A stretch of DNA of 64,000 nt from Gammaproteobacteria bacterium (GTDB lineage Bacteria; Pseudomonadota; Gammaproteobacteria; Eutrophobiales; Eutrophobiaceae): NCBI GenBank assembly GCA_030829955.1, contig JAURNY010000026.1:516-64515 (forward strand), given 5' to 3'. The notes beneath the pieces were generated by a model. The model saw nothing but the letters and a program-made list of their open reading frames with translations, was not told the DNA's origin and searched no databases. Position 1 is the first letter of the stretch. Each line of letters begins with the position of its first letter. The position numbers were made by a program, and so were the translations under genes. Shown piece by piece: positions 40,913 to 50,035 of the stretch.

Positions 40913-41770
40913 ATGAGTGAATATCAACTGGTAGATACAGAGGAAACACTCTCCATTTGTTTCAATGAACTAAAAGACAGCATTTGGTTTGCAGTTGATA
41001 CTGAATTTGAGAGAGTAAATACCTACTATCCGAAGCTGTGTTTAATACAGATCGCCAACCTGAAAAAGACATTTATTATTGATCCGATTAAGCTAAACGA
41101 CATCGATGCAATTTATACATTGTTATATGATGAGTCGATTACCAAGGTTTTACACTCGGCACATCAGGATATTGAAATATTCTTTAACATTATGGACAAG
41201 ATACCATCCCCATTATTTGATACACAAATAGCATCACCATTATTCGGTTTTAATCGTGGTATAGGCTATGCAAACCTGATAAATGATGCTTTAAATATTG
41301 GATTAGACAAGAGTCAATCGAGAACTGACTGGACTAAACGCCCTTTAACCGACGCACAATTACGTTATGCCGCTGACGATGTTATTTATTTAGCTAGGGT
41401 TTATCATCATTTTGTTTCACTGATTACGGATTCAATATCTGAAGAGTTAATAAAAAGTTTTGCTGTGCTATATTTGCCTGAAACCTACCGACCAAATCCG
41501 GAAGATATGTGGAAGAAGATCTTTGCAGTGCGACGTTTAAAAGGAAAATCACTTACGATTGCAAAAAAACTAGCGGCATGGCGTGAAGTAACAGCTAGAA
41601 AAAATAATATTCCAAGGAAATGGGTATTATCGAATCAAGCGCTAGTAGAACTGGCCAAACAAATGCCTGTTAAAATAGCAGACGTACTTACGGTAAAAGA
41701 GATAAAACAAAAAGATGCAAAGCGTTATGCGGAAGAGTGGCTAGCAATTATTGCCGGGGTAAATACATAA
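40913..41770 (+). CDS. rnd: Ribonuclease D (short form, one HRDC)
   Basis: AVDTEF, LCLIQ, DTQIA, DWTKRPL..QLRYAADDV, WRE..AR..N.P. Confidence 0.9.
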   Translation: MSEYQLVDTEETLSICFNELKDSIWFAVDTEFERVNTYYPKLCLIQIANLKKTFIIDPIKLNDIDAIYTLLYDESITKVLHSAHQDIEIFFNIMDKIPSPLFDTQIASPLFGFNRGIGYANLINDALNIGLDKSQSRTDWTKRPLTDAQLRYAADDVIYLARVYHHFVSLITDSISEELIKSFAVLYLPETYRPNPEDMWKKIFAVRRLKGKSLTIAKKLAAWREVTARKNNIPRKWVLSNQALVELAKQMPVKIADVLTVKEIKQKDAKRYAEEWLAIIAGVNT

Positions 41771-41894
41771 CAAGCTAGGGTAGTTAATAGGACATAATCA
41801 CTTGTGTATTACTTCTCTCATTCGCTTGGTGTCAATAACCGTACTTAGGCAGTTGCATTAAACAAGCGTCGCTAGACTAATAATACGGTTACTG

Positions 41895-42812
41895 TCAGGC
41901 TTTACTTCTTTTTCCTTGTAATCCACCTGTGTGAATTGCTAATAATGTCGCTCCGCAATTAAAAAAACCTTTTTTAACTAGATCAAATATCCCATATAGC
42001 ATTTTACCAGTATAAATAGCTTCCAATGGAATATTTGTTTGTTGTTCAAAATCAGTAATAAATGCTGAAAGTTTTTCATCACTTTTCGCAAAACCGCCGA
42101 AATGATAATCATGAATCAGTCGCCATTGCTGGTCTTTTACAGATTTGCTGTTATCTAATGTAATAATTTCTTTTTCCAGAAATGCTTCACTTTTTAAAGC
42201 TGAAAAGCCAATAGCTTGATAGTGATCGTTTTTTCTAGGAAGTAAGCCGGCGAGGGTTGTGCCTGTACCACAGGCAATAGTGATAATATCTGCTTTATCC
42301 ATGAGTTCCTGTCTCAGTTCTTTAATGCCGGATAGTGCTAACTCGCAGCAACCACCTTCAGGAATCCAGTATGCTTTATGATCAATACCAGGTTGTTCAT
42401 TGTATCGTCGGAACTGGCGAAGATGCCTGAACTCTGTTCGTGATACATATTCGATATGCATACCAAATTTTTTTAAGTCTTTTATTGTTGGACTCTCATA
42501 ATCCTCAGCTTTTCCCCTAATAAAGCCGGTTGTTTTGATATTCAATTTATTCCCAATAAAAGCTAATGCATATAGATGGTTCGACCAGGCTCCACCCATA
42601 CTGATCAAATGGTCAAAACCTTTGTCCAGTGCATCCAACAAGGGATACTTTAATTTACGCCATTTATTCCCGGAAATGATAGGATGTAAGTAATCTTCCC
42701 GTTTGATTAACAATTGAATCTCATATTTACCTAATATTTCATGATGAACTTGTTCAATAATAGATTTTGAATAGTCAATTTCAAGAATTGATTCAATATC
42801 TGTAGGCTTCAT
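41895..42812 (-). CDS. ACC deaminase/D-cysteine desulfhydrase family PLP enzyme
   Basis: SGNKWRKL, GGAWSNH, PEGG, CGTGTT, YTGK, HTGGLQG. Confidence 0.9.
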   Translation of the reverse strand: MKPTDIESILEIDYSKSIIEQVHHEILGKYEIQLLIKREDYLHPIISGNKWRKLKYPLLDALDKGFDHLISMGGAWSNHLYALAFIGNKLNIKTTGFIRGKAEDYESPTIKDLKKFGMHIEYVSRTEFRHLRQFRRYNEQPGIDHKAYWIPEGGCCELALSGIKELRQELMDKADIITIACGTGTTLAGLLPRKNDHYQAIGFSALKSEAFLEKEIITLDNSKSVKDQQWRLIHDYHFGGFAKSDEKLSAFITDFEQQTNIPLEAIYTGKMLYGIFDLVKKGFFNCGATLLAIHTGGLQGKRSKA

Positions 42813-43153
42813 TTAACAGCTGTTAAAGCTGGCTGAAGGAATTCAACACCGTCCCATCCAGTAAGCATGAATTGTCTGATGTTTTGGTGAGAGTTACCTG
42901 TTGGATCTTCCAGTACGGAACGATAATGTTTGCCAAAACAATATAAGGTTTGTTCTTTCGACAAAGAGTGGAGTTTCGAAAATGCAAATATCTTGCATGA
43001 GTTTTCATTCTCACCAGCCGGATTAATTTGCTGACCATTAGAGAATTTAACAGGTGTATAGTCGTAATATTTTTCAATGGTATTTATTACATCTTCAAAC
43101 TCGACCGTATCAGGTCGGGTTTGAAGATGTTCCAAAAGATTTTCCAAAGTCAT
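42809..43153 (-). CDS. HopJ family protein
   Basis: YDYTP..F.NG...N.AGEN..SCKIF, CFG.HYR.VL..P.G..HQNIRQFM..GW. Confidence 0.9.
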   Translation of the reverse strand: MTLENLLEHLQTRPDTVEFEDVINTIEKYYDYTPVKFSNGQQINPAGENENSCKIFAFSKLHSLSKEQTLYCFGKHYRSVLEDPTGNSHQNIRQFMLTGWDGVEFLQPALTAVK

Positions 43154-43158
43154 TAGTA

Positions 43159-43647
43159 TTAGTGATCGTGATGATGGCCATCTTCACCATGAACATGTCC
43201 ATGATCAATCTCTTCACTGGTTGCATCACGCACATCAATAATATCCACATCAAAATGTAATGCCATGCCAGCCATAGGGTGATTGCCGTCAACAACGATT
43301 TCTTCTTCCTCTATAGTGTTAATCGTCACAATCATGGGATGGCCTTCAGAAGATTGTGCATGAAACTGCATACCGATGCTGATATCGATATCTTCCGGGA
43401 ATATATCTCTGGGTACACGTTGCACCAGATCTTCATTATGATCGCCATAAGCATCTTCAGCTTTAACATCAACACTGACAGAATCGCCTGATTTTCTACC
43501 TTCCAATGCTTTTTCCAGACCAGGAATAATATTATTCGCGCCATGTAGATAGGAAAAAGAACCATCTGAGGATTCATCCAGTTGATTGCCGTCGCTATCA
43601 ATCAGTTTATAATTAATAGTACCTACTTTATCATTGCCTAATTGCAT
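43159..43647 (-). CDS. slyD: FKBP-type peptidyl-prolyl isomerase SlyD
   Basis: YLHGANNIIPGLE, VDGNHPMAG..LHF, His-rich tail. Confidence 0.93.
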   Translation of the reverse strand: MQLGNDKVGTINYKLIDSDGNQLDESSDGSFSYLHGANNIIPGLEKALEGRKSGDSVSVDVKAEDAYGDHNEDLVQRVPRDIFPEDIDISIGMQFHAQSSEGHPMIVTINTIEEEEIVVDGNHPMAGMALHFDVDIIDVRDATSEEIDHGHVHGEDGHHHDH

Positions 43648-43770
43648 AGTTGTCTCCGTTGAATGTTGCCGAAACTAGGTCAACCTGCGATGGCAGAATG
43701 ATCCGACGAAAAAAATAGTGGCTACTATGCAGTCCTATAAAGAGTATTACAACCATTTTCAGAAATTATC

Positions 43771-44109
43771 ATGCGATTTTTATATAAAGCAATTATTCTT
43801 TTTTTTACTGTTAATATTTGCATGGCAGATGATACGCCTACAGGTAAAAGTCTGTTGAAGGCTTGCGAAATAGCACAAAAGAACGGTTATAACAGTACTG
43901 AAGGTATGCTGTGTGTCTGGTATGCAACGCCATGTGATTGTCATACTGATGAATCTATACCTGCAGTATGTTTGCCTGCTGATTATCAAGTGGAACATCT
44001 TGCAGAAATTGTGATAAAAGAATTAAAACAACAGCCCGATTTGCAAACTGTTTCCGCGATAGAAGCGGCGGCACATATACTCGCGCCACTATATCCATGT
44101 CCATACTAG
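43771..44109 (+). CDS. Rap1a/Tai4-like secreted protein
   Basis: Signal peptide; GKSLLKAC...C.WY...CLP...P.L....A...L...YPC pattern. Confidence 0.65.
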   Translation: MRFLYKAIILFFTVNICMADDTPTGKSLLKACEIAQKNGYNSTEGMLCVWYATPCDCHTDESIPAVCLPADYQVEHLAEIVIKELKQQPDLQTVSAIEAAAHILAPLYPCPY

Positions 44110-44642
44110 TTTTTTCTTCGTTTAGACGTTTTTTTATTGGGTAATGAAAACCAGTCATCTTTGGTGATCTCATGAAAATAATCTGCATCTTCAATCATGA
44201 TTTTTGAGGTTGTATTGGCTACAGCAGCAATCTCGACTCTTACACCTTGCGATTTTAAATGATTTACTAGTTCAACATAGTCGGAATCACCGGACATAAT
44301 AATAATGGTATCGACTTTATAAGCGACCTGTACGGCAAAAATAGAAAGCGGAATATCGGCGCTTTTGTGACAAGGTCTAACTGAACCGTGATAATAATTG
44401 TGAAGGCGTTCCTGGAGCTTACTTGAAATATGTTTGCCTTCGCGAAAATACATGAGTCGGTTGAGGCCGCGGTTCATTAATAAACGTGGAATTAAACTAT
44501 CAAAATTGAGCATAGTACTTGGATCATTTGTTTCATTGTGAATACTTCGCTCAATATTGTTGCCATCAATTAATATAGCAACAGACTGAGAAATAACCAC
44601 GTTGCTATTGAGATTAGGCGCTATTTCATTTTCTTCTGTCAT
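44106..44642 (-). CDS. NYN-domain (LabA/DUF88) protein
   Basis: ILIDGNN, KSADI, MSGDSDY, GVRVE. Confidence 0.9.
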   Translation of the reverse strand: MTEENEIAPNLNSNVVISQSVAILIDGNNIERSIHNETNDPSTMLNFDSLIPRLLMNRGLNRLMYFREGKHISSKLQERLHNYYHGSVRPCHKSADIPLSIFAVQVAYKVDTIIIMSGDSDYVELVNHLKSQGVRVEIAAVANTTSKIMIEDADYFHEITKDDWFSLPNKKTSKRRKN

Positions 44643-44766
44643 AAATGTCTCAATTAAAATAAAATCACAGCTTAACTTATCTATTGTAAAAAAGTTAGCG
44701 ATTAAGAAGATATTTAAATAAGTTTATCGTTATAATTAAAATTCTTTTTTAAATAACTGAATACTC

Positions 44767-45075
44767 ATGACTGACTTACCGGAAGAACCGGACCTGATAA
44801 CCAAAATTCATTCTGAAACAGCACAGATTGCTTGGTCTGAATTGCAAACCTTTTTTGCGAAGGGGATGGTTGTATATGTTTCGCATAAACTGGATCTGGT
44901 TAAAGTCGCGCAAACCCTAGCAGAAGATAATCAACAACAATTCAAAGATTGGATTGCTGAATGTGTGATAGGTAATGTCAGTGACGAACAGGCATCAGCA
45001 TGGCTGGATAGTGATATTCTGGTATGGGCGGCTGTGGTACATCCTTGGGTTTTGGTACAACCTATAGTCGATTAA
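44767..45075 (+). CDS. DUF2288 family protein
   Basis: ETAQIAWSELQTFFAKG, LDLV.VA, WAAVVHPWVLVQ. Confidence 0.9.
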   Translation: MTDLPEEPDLITKIHSETAQIAWSELQTFFAKGMVVYVSHKLDLVKVAQTLAEDNQQQFKDWIAECVIGNVSDEQASAWLDSDILVWAAVVHPWVLVQPIVD

Positions 45076-45166
45076 GTTGCCTTATTTTATTAAGATTATT
45101 AACTACTGCTAAAAATCATGAAAAAGATATTAAGCAGTATTAATCAAAAGGAGGACATTGAATTGA

Positions 45167-46054
45167 TTAATTCGGTTTATTTAATTTCCAGGGATTAGGC
45201 AGTTTACCCTGCATAGATAACGACAAGCATGAACCAATAATCAGGATTGCTCCAAATGTTGAACCTGCATCCGGTAATTCGTTCCAGACTAGCCAACCAA
45301 TTAATGTTGCGATTATCACTGTCACATAAGTAAATGGCGCAACTGATACCGCATCATTATTTGTAAATGCATAAGTTAGTAAGGTTTGACCAGCAGTTGC
45401 ACATATTCCCGCAATAATCATTACCAATACATCATTGAGAGATGGCGTTTGCCAAAACCATATCATCAATATACTCATATATAGTGTAGTTGTAATACTG
45501 AAATAAAATATGGTGCGTAACACTGGTTCTGACTTGGCCATATAACGTACAAGTATTTTCGCTAAAGCAATAAAAAAGCCCGAGCCTAGGCCGACTAACG
45601 CGGTAATCGTAAATAAATCTGTTCCTGGTTTTAGTATTAACGCTACTCCTATAAAACCGATAATAAGAATTATCGTTGTTCTTAAGCTGACCTTTTCGTT
45701 CAATATTGGCATTGCCATTAAGGCAATAAATAAAGGTGATGATGCATTTAGTAATGTAGCTTCTGATAAACCAATGCCATTGATAGCAAAATAAAAACAA
45801 CTCATGGCGCAGATACTGATCACACCACGAAATAAATGCACCTGCAATACAGGTGTTTTTATGAAACCAATACCTTTTGGCAATACAATTGGCAAAATGA
45901 TTAATAACCCAACAACACTTCTAAAAAATACCAATTGTGGTGCGGGAAGTTCGCTTGAAGCAATCTTGATACAAGTCGCCATAATTGCAAAGCAACATGC
46001 TGAACCAAATGCAGGCAGGAAACCATGAATTAAATAGCGACGATCAATTTGCAT
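45167..46054 (-). CDS. DMT/EamA family transporter
   Basis: About 10 TM; VFFRS, SPLF, ILKPG, APFTY, W.ELP. Confidence 0.9.
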   Translation of the reverse strand: MQIDRRYLIHGFLPAFGSACCFAIMATCIKIASSELPAPQLVFFRSVVGLLIILPIVLPKGIGFIKTPVLQVHLFRGVISICAMSCFYFAINGIGLSEATLLNASSPLFIALMAMPILNEKVSLRTTIILIIGFIGVALILKPGTDLFTITALVGLGSGFFIALAKILVRYMAKSEPVLRTIFYFSITTTLYMSILMIWFWQTPSLNDVLVMIIAGICATAGQTLLTYAFTNNDAVSVAPFTYVTVIIATLIGWLVWNELPDAGSTFGAILIIGSCLSLSMQGKLPNPWKLNKPN

Positions 46055-46141
46055 AAAAATTTTAGTAAATCACACTGAATGAATAGTTGAATTGAATTTA
46101 AAAGGATAGCCGACTTCTAGTCTGTCGGCGATATAAATGAA

Positions 46142-46933
46142 TTAATCGTTGTGATTATAGACATGTAAATCGCGTTGCGGAAATGGGATAGATATGCCTT
46201 CTGCATCAAACGAGTTTTTAACTTTTTCTATATAATCAAATTTAACTGCCCAGAAGTCTGCTGAATTTACCCACGGGCGCACAATAAAATTAACGCTACT
46301 ATCAGCAAGTTCTGAAACAGCAACGAGAGGTGCAGGGTCTTTAAGAATACGATCATCTTCTTCTACAAGTTTCATTAATATGTCTTTGACTTTCTTGATG
46401 TCATCGCCATAACCAATACCAAATACCATATCAACTCTTCGAGTATCTTTGGTCGAGTAATTAACGATGTTACCACCAATAATACTGGAGTTAGGTACAA
46501 TAATAGTTTTGTTATCACCGGTTTTCATTTGTGTTGAAAATATTTGTATGCCTTCAACTACACCAGAAGCTCCACCAGCTTCAATGAAATCACCGACTTT
46601 GAATGGTCGGAAAGCAATTATCATGACACCTGATGCAAAGTTTGATAAAGAACCTTGCAATGATAATGCGATTGCTAAACCAGCAGCGCCGAGAACGGCG
46701 ACAAAAGAAGTGGTTTGAATACCCAGTTTGCTTAAGGCAGCGATTATCACAAATGCAATCAGTGCCACATAGGCAATATTAGTGATAAAAGAACTAAGCA
46801 ATGCATCCACTTCACGCTTATCCATTATTTCTGCAATAAACGCTCGGATTCGTTTTGCCACCCAGATACCGCCAAATAAAATCGCGGCCGCAAGCGCAAT
46901 ATTAATTAATAATGTAGAAATAGACTCACCCAT
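46142..46933 (-). CDS. mscS: Small-conductance mechanosensitive channel
   Basis: LGAAGLAIALSLQGSLSNFASG, RPFKVGD, LADSSVN, IPFPQ. Confidence 0.95.
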   Translation of the reverse strand: MGESISTLLINIALAAAILFGGIWVAKRIRAFIAEIMDKREVDALLSSFITNIAYVALIAFVIIAALSKLGIQTTSFVAVLGAAGLAIALSLQGSLSNFASGVMIIAFRPFKVGDFIEAGGASGVVEGIQIFSTQMKTGDNKTIIVPNSSIIGGNIVNYSTKDTRRVDMVFGIGYGDDIKKVKDILMKLVEEDDRILKDPAPLVAVSELADSSVNFIVRPWVNSADFWAVKFDYIEKVKNSFDAEGISIPFPQRDLHVYNHND

Positions 46934-47035
46934 ACTTCGTTCATTCTTGTTGGTTGAAGATTATTGTTAAATATTCCAACTGTAAACAGGGCGGAATGCA
47001 AGCACTTGCTGGATAATTTCATTAACATTTCTGTA

Positions 47036-48376
47036 TTATTTTGGTAGATGCAGCAAATCCTGTAGCCGTTCAGTTGTATATATTGGTCTGGAATGCAGTC
47101 CATCTAAAGTCACGGTGACACGTTCATGTTCACTATGTTGCCATTGAATCAACTTATACCAGCCGGGATAACGGTATATGTTTTCCAGAAACGGTGTTTG
47201 CTGTCGTCGGTCGAAATTGGTTTCAAGGGTAAAGGTTACAGGTGTGGTATTCATTTCCTTTTCTAGTAACAGTATGCCGGCATCTTCCATACGACAGGTT
47301 GCGATCTCGAAAATGGATAAGAATCGAAAGGTATGCAATGCTATATCGCGATAACGTTGTTTATGAGTGTATTGAAACATCAGATTTGCAAAACGACCTA
47401 GAGATATGTTTTCATCAATTTGTCTAGGTGAACTTTTGCCAGACATTAATGAATGACTAATATAGCCGGCGACATTATCTCGAAAGTGAAGGTTAATATA
47501 ATCCAGTGTGCGTTCTGCTATATCCATGAAACTTTTTCTAAATGTTACCCGATATAGTTGTAATGCAGCTCTGGCCATAGCTAAATTTACGGCAAGTTGG
47601 TCATTATTTTCAGAAATGAGTGACGTACGCCAACCACCATTTCTCAGTTGACAGTTTCGTATCATGATTTGCATCGCTGAGGTTGCCATCGTTAGAGAAG
47701 ATTCATCACCTGTATATTCAAAACAGGCTGCCAGAGCTTCAATTGCCCAACCGTTTTCGCGACTACTAATCGTTTCATCTATATCAGGTATGCCAAATTG
47801 CCTCCGGGCAGAATCATTTAGAGAAAAATACCAGCGTGGATCCATACCGGCGACATGATCTGATTGACTACAATAAAATGCACCATTCTCACTGGTAAGA
47901 AAGCCTGCAATATAAGCAAGAATCATTTGTGTCACTGCCAGATAACGGGTTTGTTTAAATTGTGCATAAGCAAGCGAATAAAGTATTAACATGGCGGCCT
48001 GATTCGCCATAGTTTTTTTGTGGTGTGGCAAGTCCCAACGGTATTGAGTTGAATATTGAAAGACACCTCCCCACTCTTTGTCTATTAGCGCCATGGCATT
48101 ATCCAGTGTCAGTTTTGCCATATTGGCTTCGCTTTGATCATTATCATTTGCCAATGTCAATGAATATTCCACGCTATCCCGATCAATATATTTCACTGGC
48201 GAATTCAAACCACCTTTTTTATGATCAAAACTATTAATATGCATACTGCGCAAACGCTGGCGACAACTCTCACTAAGTTGCGATTCTGTCTCATTAAGGT
48301 TTAGTAATATGGATGAAAATTTTACGGGTTCTTTATTCATGGTCTTAAGCAGACTGTACATCTTAGTTTCCTTCAT
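47036..48376 (-). CDS. YyaL/DUF255-like (alpha/alpha)6-barrel protein lacking the N-terminal thioredoxin domain
   Basis: LIDKEWGGVFQYST..WDLPH.KK...NQA, GAFYCSQ, NGWAI.ALA motifs. Confidence 0.65.
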   Translation of the reverse strand: MKETKMYSLLKTMNKEPVKFSSILLNLNETESQLSESCRQRLRSMHINSFDHKKGGLNSPVKYIDRDSVEYSLTLANDNDQSEANMAKLTLDNAMALIDKEWGGVFQYSTQYRWDLPHHKKTMANQAAMLILYSLAYAQFKQTRYLAVTQMILAYIAGFLTSENGAFYCSQSDHVAGMDPRWYFSLNDSARRQFGIPDIDETISSRENGWAIEALAACFEYTGDESSLTMATSAMQIMIRNCQLRNGGWRTSLISENNDQLAVNLAMARAALQLYRVTFRKSFMDIAERTLDYINLHFRDNVAGYISHSLMSGKSSPRQIDENISLGRFANLMFQYTHKQRYRDIALHTFRFLSIFEIATCRMEDAGILLLEKEMNTTPVTFTLETNFDRRQQTPFLENIYRYPGWYKLIQWQHSEHERVTVTLDGLHSRPIYTTERLQDLLHLPK

Positions 48377-48437
48377 ATTGTAATAACTAGTTGAGGTTTA
48401 TGTGTCAGTATTAAAATTATGAGTTTAGGTGTACGCA

Positions 48438-49154
48438 TCATACTTCTTTATCTAATGTGAGGTTGATGGTGACACGGCGGTCATAGATATATTCTTCAAT
48501 ATCACGCTGACTTGCTTTGGCGTGTTGTTCTCCAAAGGCTTGTGTTTGAATGCGTTTGTTAGTGATGCCTGATTTAACAAACACTTTTTTAACACTATTA
48601 ATCCGGTTTTGGCTTAATGCCTCATTTGAAGCTGCATCACCTCTGGCATCGGCAAAGCCTTCGATACGTATCTTAATCTGTGGATATGGCTTGATTAAAT
48701 CAGCCAGTTGTGAAATACGAGGCATAACATCCTGATTGATTGAAGCATCATTGGTCTTGAAGTAAATGACATAGGAAATGCCCTGACTGAGTTTTTGTAA
48801 TTCCCTGATCTCACGATCTAACATGACTCGTTTGAATTCATTTTCAAAGCTGGCACGTGTTTTTGCGAGTTCGTTTTGTTGAAAGGCAAGTTCTATGGTT
48901 TTGATGTTTAATTCGTTTTCCAATGTTTCGATTTCCTGATCATGTTTGTCTTCATGACCACCAAACAGACCACCACTTGCAGCACCGATGACAAAACCTG
49001 GAGGTCCTGCGATAAGTCCGCCAATGATTGCACCTAAACCAAATCCGACACTAGCTTTGGTTTGATCTTGTTCTTGTATCGCTTCATTGGCACTGACGAG
49101 AGGCTGTGATAACAGTAAACTGATTAATAAACCACTTTTGATAATGTATTTCAT
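48438..49154 (-). CDS. pdsO: Sortase-system-associated OmpA-family protein PdsO (likely start 49154)
   Basis: Signal peptide, Gly-zipper GFGLGAIIGGLIAGPPG, OmpA C-domain GFADARG...N..LS..R, DRRV; GGAGA RBS; divergent from pdsR. Confidence 0.8.
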   Translation of the reverse strand: MKYIIKSGLLISLLLSQPLVSANEAIQEQDQTKASVGFGLGAIIGGLIAGPPGFVIGAASGGLFGGHEDKHDQEIETLENELNIKTIELAFQQNELAKTRASFENEFKRVMLDREIRELQKLSQGISYVIYFKTNDASINQDVMPRISQLADLIKPYPQIKIRIEGFADARGDAASNEALSQNRINSVKKVFVKSGITNKRIQTQAFGEQHAKASQRDIEEYIYDRRVTINLTLDKEV

Positions 49155-49240
49155 GATGTTTCTCCATTGTTTAACGACGCCGATAGTTAAACATAAAGAA
49201 ATGACATGGAACTGCCCGGAATCAGGCAAACTAGCGATAA

Positions 49241-49262
49241 ATTATGGCAATATTATGGCAAT
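49241..49262. promoter_or_regulatory. Perfect 11-bp tandem repeat, candidate PdsR operator
   Basis: ATTATGGCAAT-ATTATGGCAAT in the pdsO/pdsR divergent intergenic region. Confidence 0.6.
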
Positions 49263-49327
49263 TAATTATTTGCCTCTTCACAAGAGATATGTGCCGCTTT
49301 AGAGTGCAAAAAAAAGAGGAAAACAAG

Positions 49328-50017
49328 ATGGCAAAGCAAGTTGTATTGGTCGAGGATGAGCCAATACTTTGTGAAAATTATGCCAGCGCGATGCGGGCAA
49401 ATGGTTATGAAGTCATTACAGCAGATAATAAACAGTCTGCTTTGGAACTATTTCAGCGTCGTTTACCTGATATGGCTGTTCTGGATATCGGTTTACAGGA
49501 TGACATGGAAGCTGGTTTTGATCTTTGTCGTGAATTACGTGCCTTATCCAGTTCCTTGCCGATTATCTTTCTCACTGCCAGAGATTCTGATTTCGATACG
49601 ATTTCCGGTTTACGTTTGGGTGCGGATGATTATCTGAGTAAAGATATCAGTATGCCACATTTGCTGGCACGCATGTCTGCGTTGTTTCGCCGTATTCAGG
49701 CTCTGGATAATAAAACTGATGCAGGTGATATCGTGAAGGCAGGTGATCTCCTTATTGATACGATACGTTTTCAGGTCAAGTGGCGGCAACAACTGGTAGA
49801 TTTGAGTTTGACTGAATTCTGGATGTTGCATTGTCTGGTAAAACGTGTGGGGCATGTGAAGAACAGGGAACAATTAATGCAGGATGCAAATATCTTTGTC
49901 GATGATAGTACGATAACCTCACATATAAAACGTATAAGAAAAAAATTTAAACAACTCGATAATGCGTTTGATCATATAGAAACCATTTATGGTGTCGGTT
50001 ATCGCTGGAAGTCTTGA
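49328..50017 (+). CDS. pdsR: OmpR-family response regulator PdsR (likely start 49328)
   Basis: VEDE...ENYA, LDIGL..D..AGFDLCRELR, SGLRLGADDY, TEFW, TITSHIKRIRKKF. Confidence 0.88.
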   Translation: MAKQVVLVEDEPILCENYASAMRANGYEVITADNKQSALELFQRRLPDMAVLDIGLQDDMEAGFDLCRELRALSSSLPIIFLTARDSDFDTISGLRLGADDYLSKDISMPHLLARMSALFRRIQALDNKTDAGDIVKAGDLLIDTIRFQVKWRQQLVDLSLTEFWMLHCLVKRVGHVKNREQLMQDANIFVDDSTITSHIKRIRKKFKQLDNAFDHIETIYGVGYRWKS

Positions 50018-50035
50018 AAAGACTAATGTCGGACG

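Noticed and set aside
42809-43153. HopJ as evidence of a type III secretion effector
   Set aside because: The family is widespread in non-pathogens; here it sits in a slyD operon with no T3SS genes
44106-44642. NYN protein as an anti-phage or toxin system
   Set aside because: Stand-alone LabA/DUF88 type with no defence-associated neighbours
49244-49327. Long N-terminal extensions of pdsR and pdsO given by the ORF track
   Set aside because: RBS-supported starts are at 49328 and 49154; the extensions run through the shared promoter region
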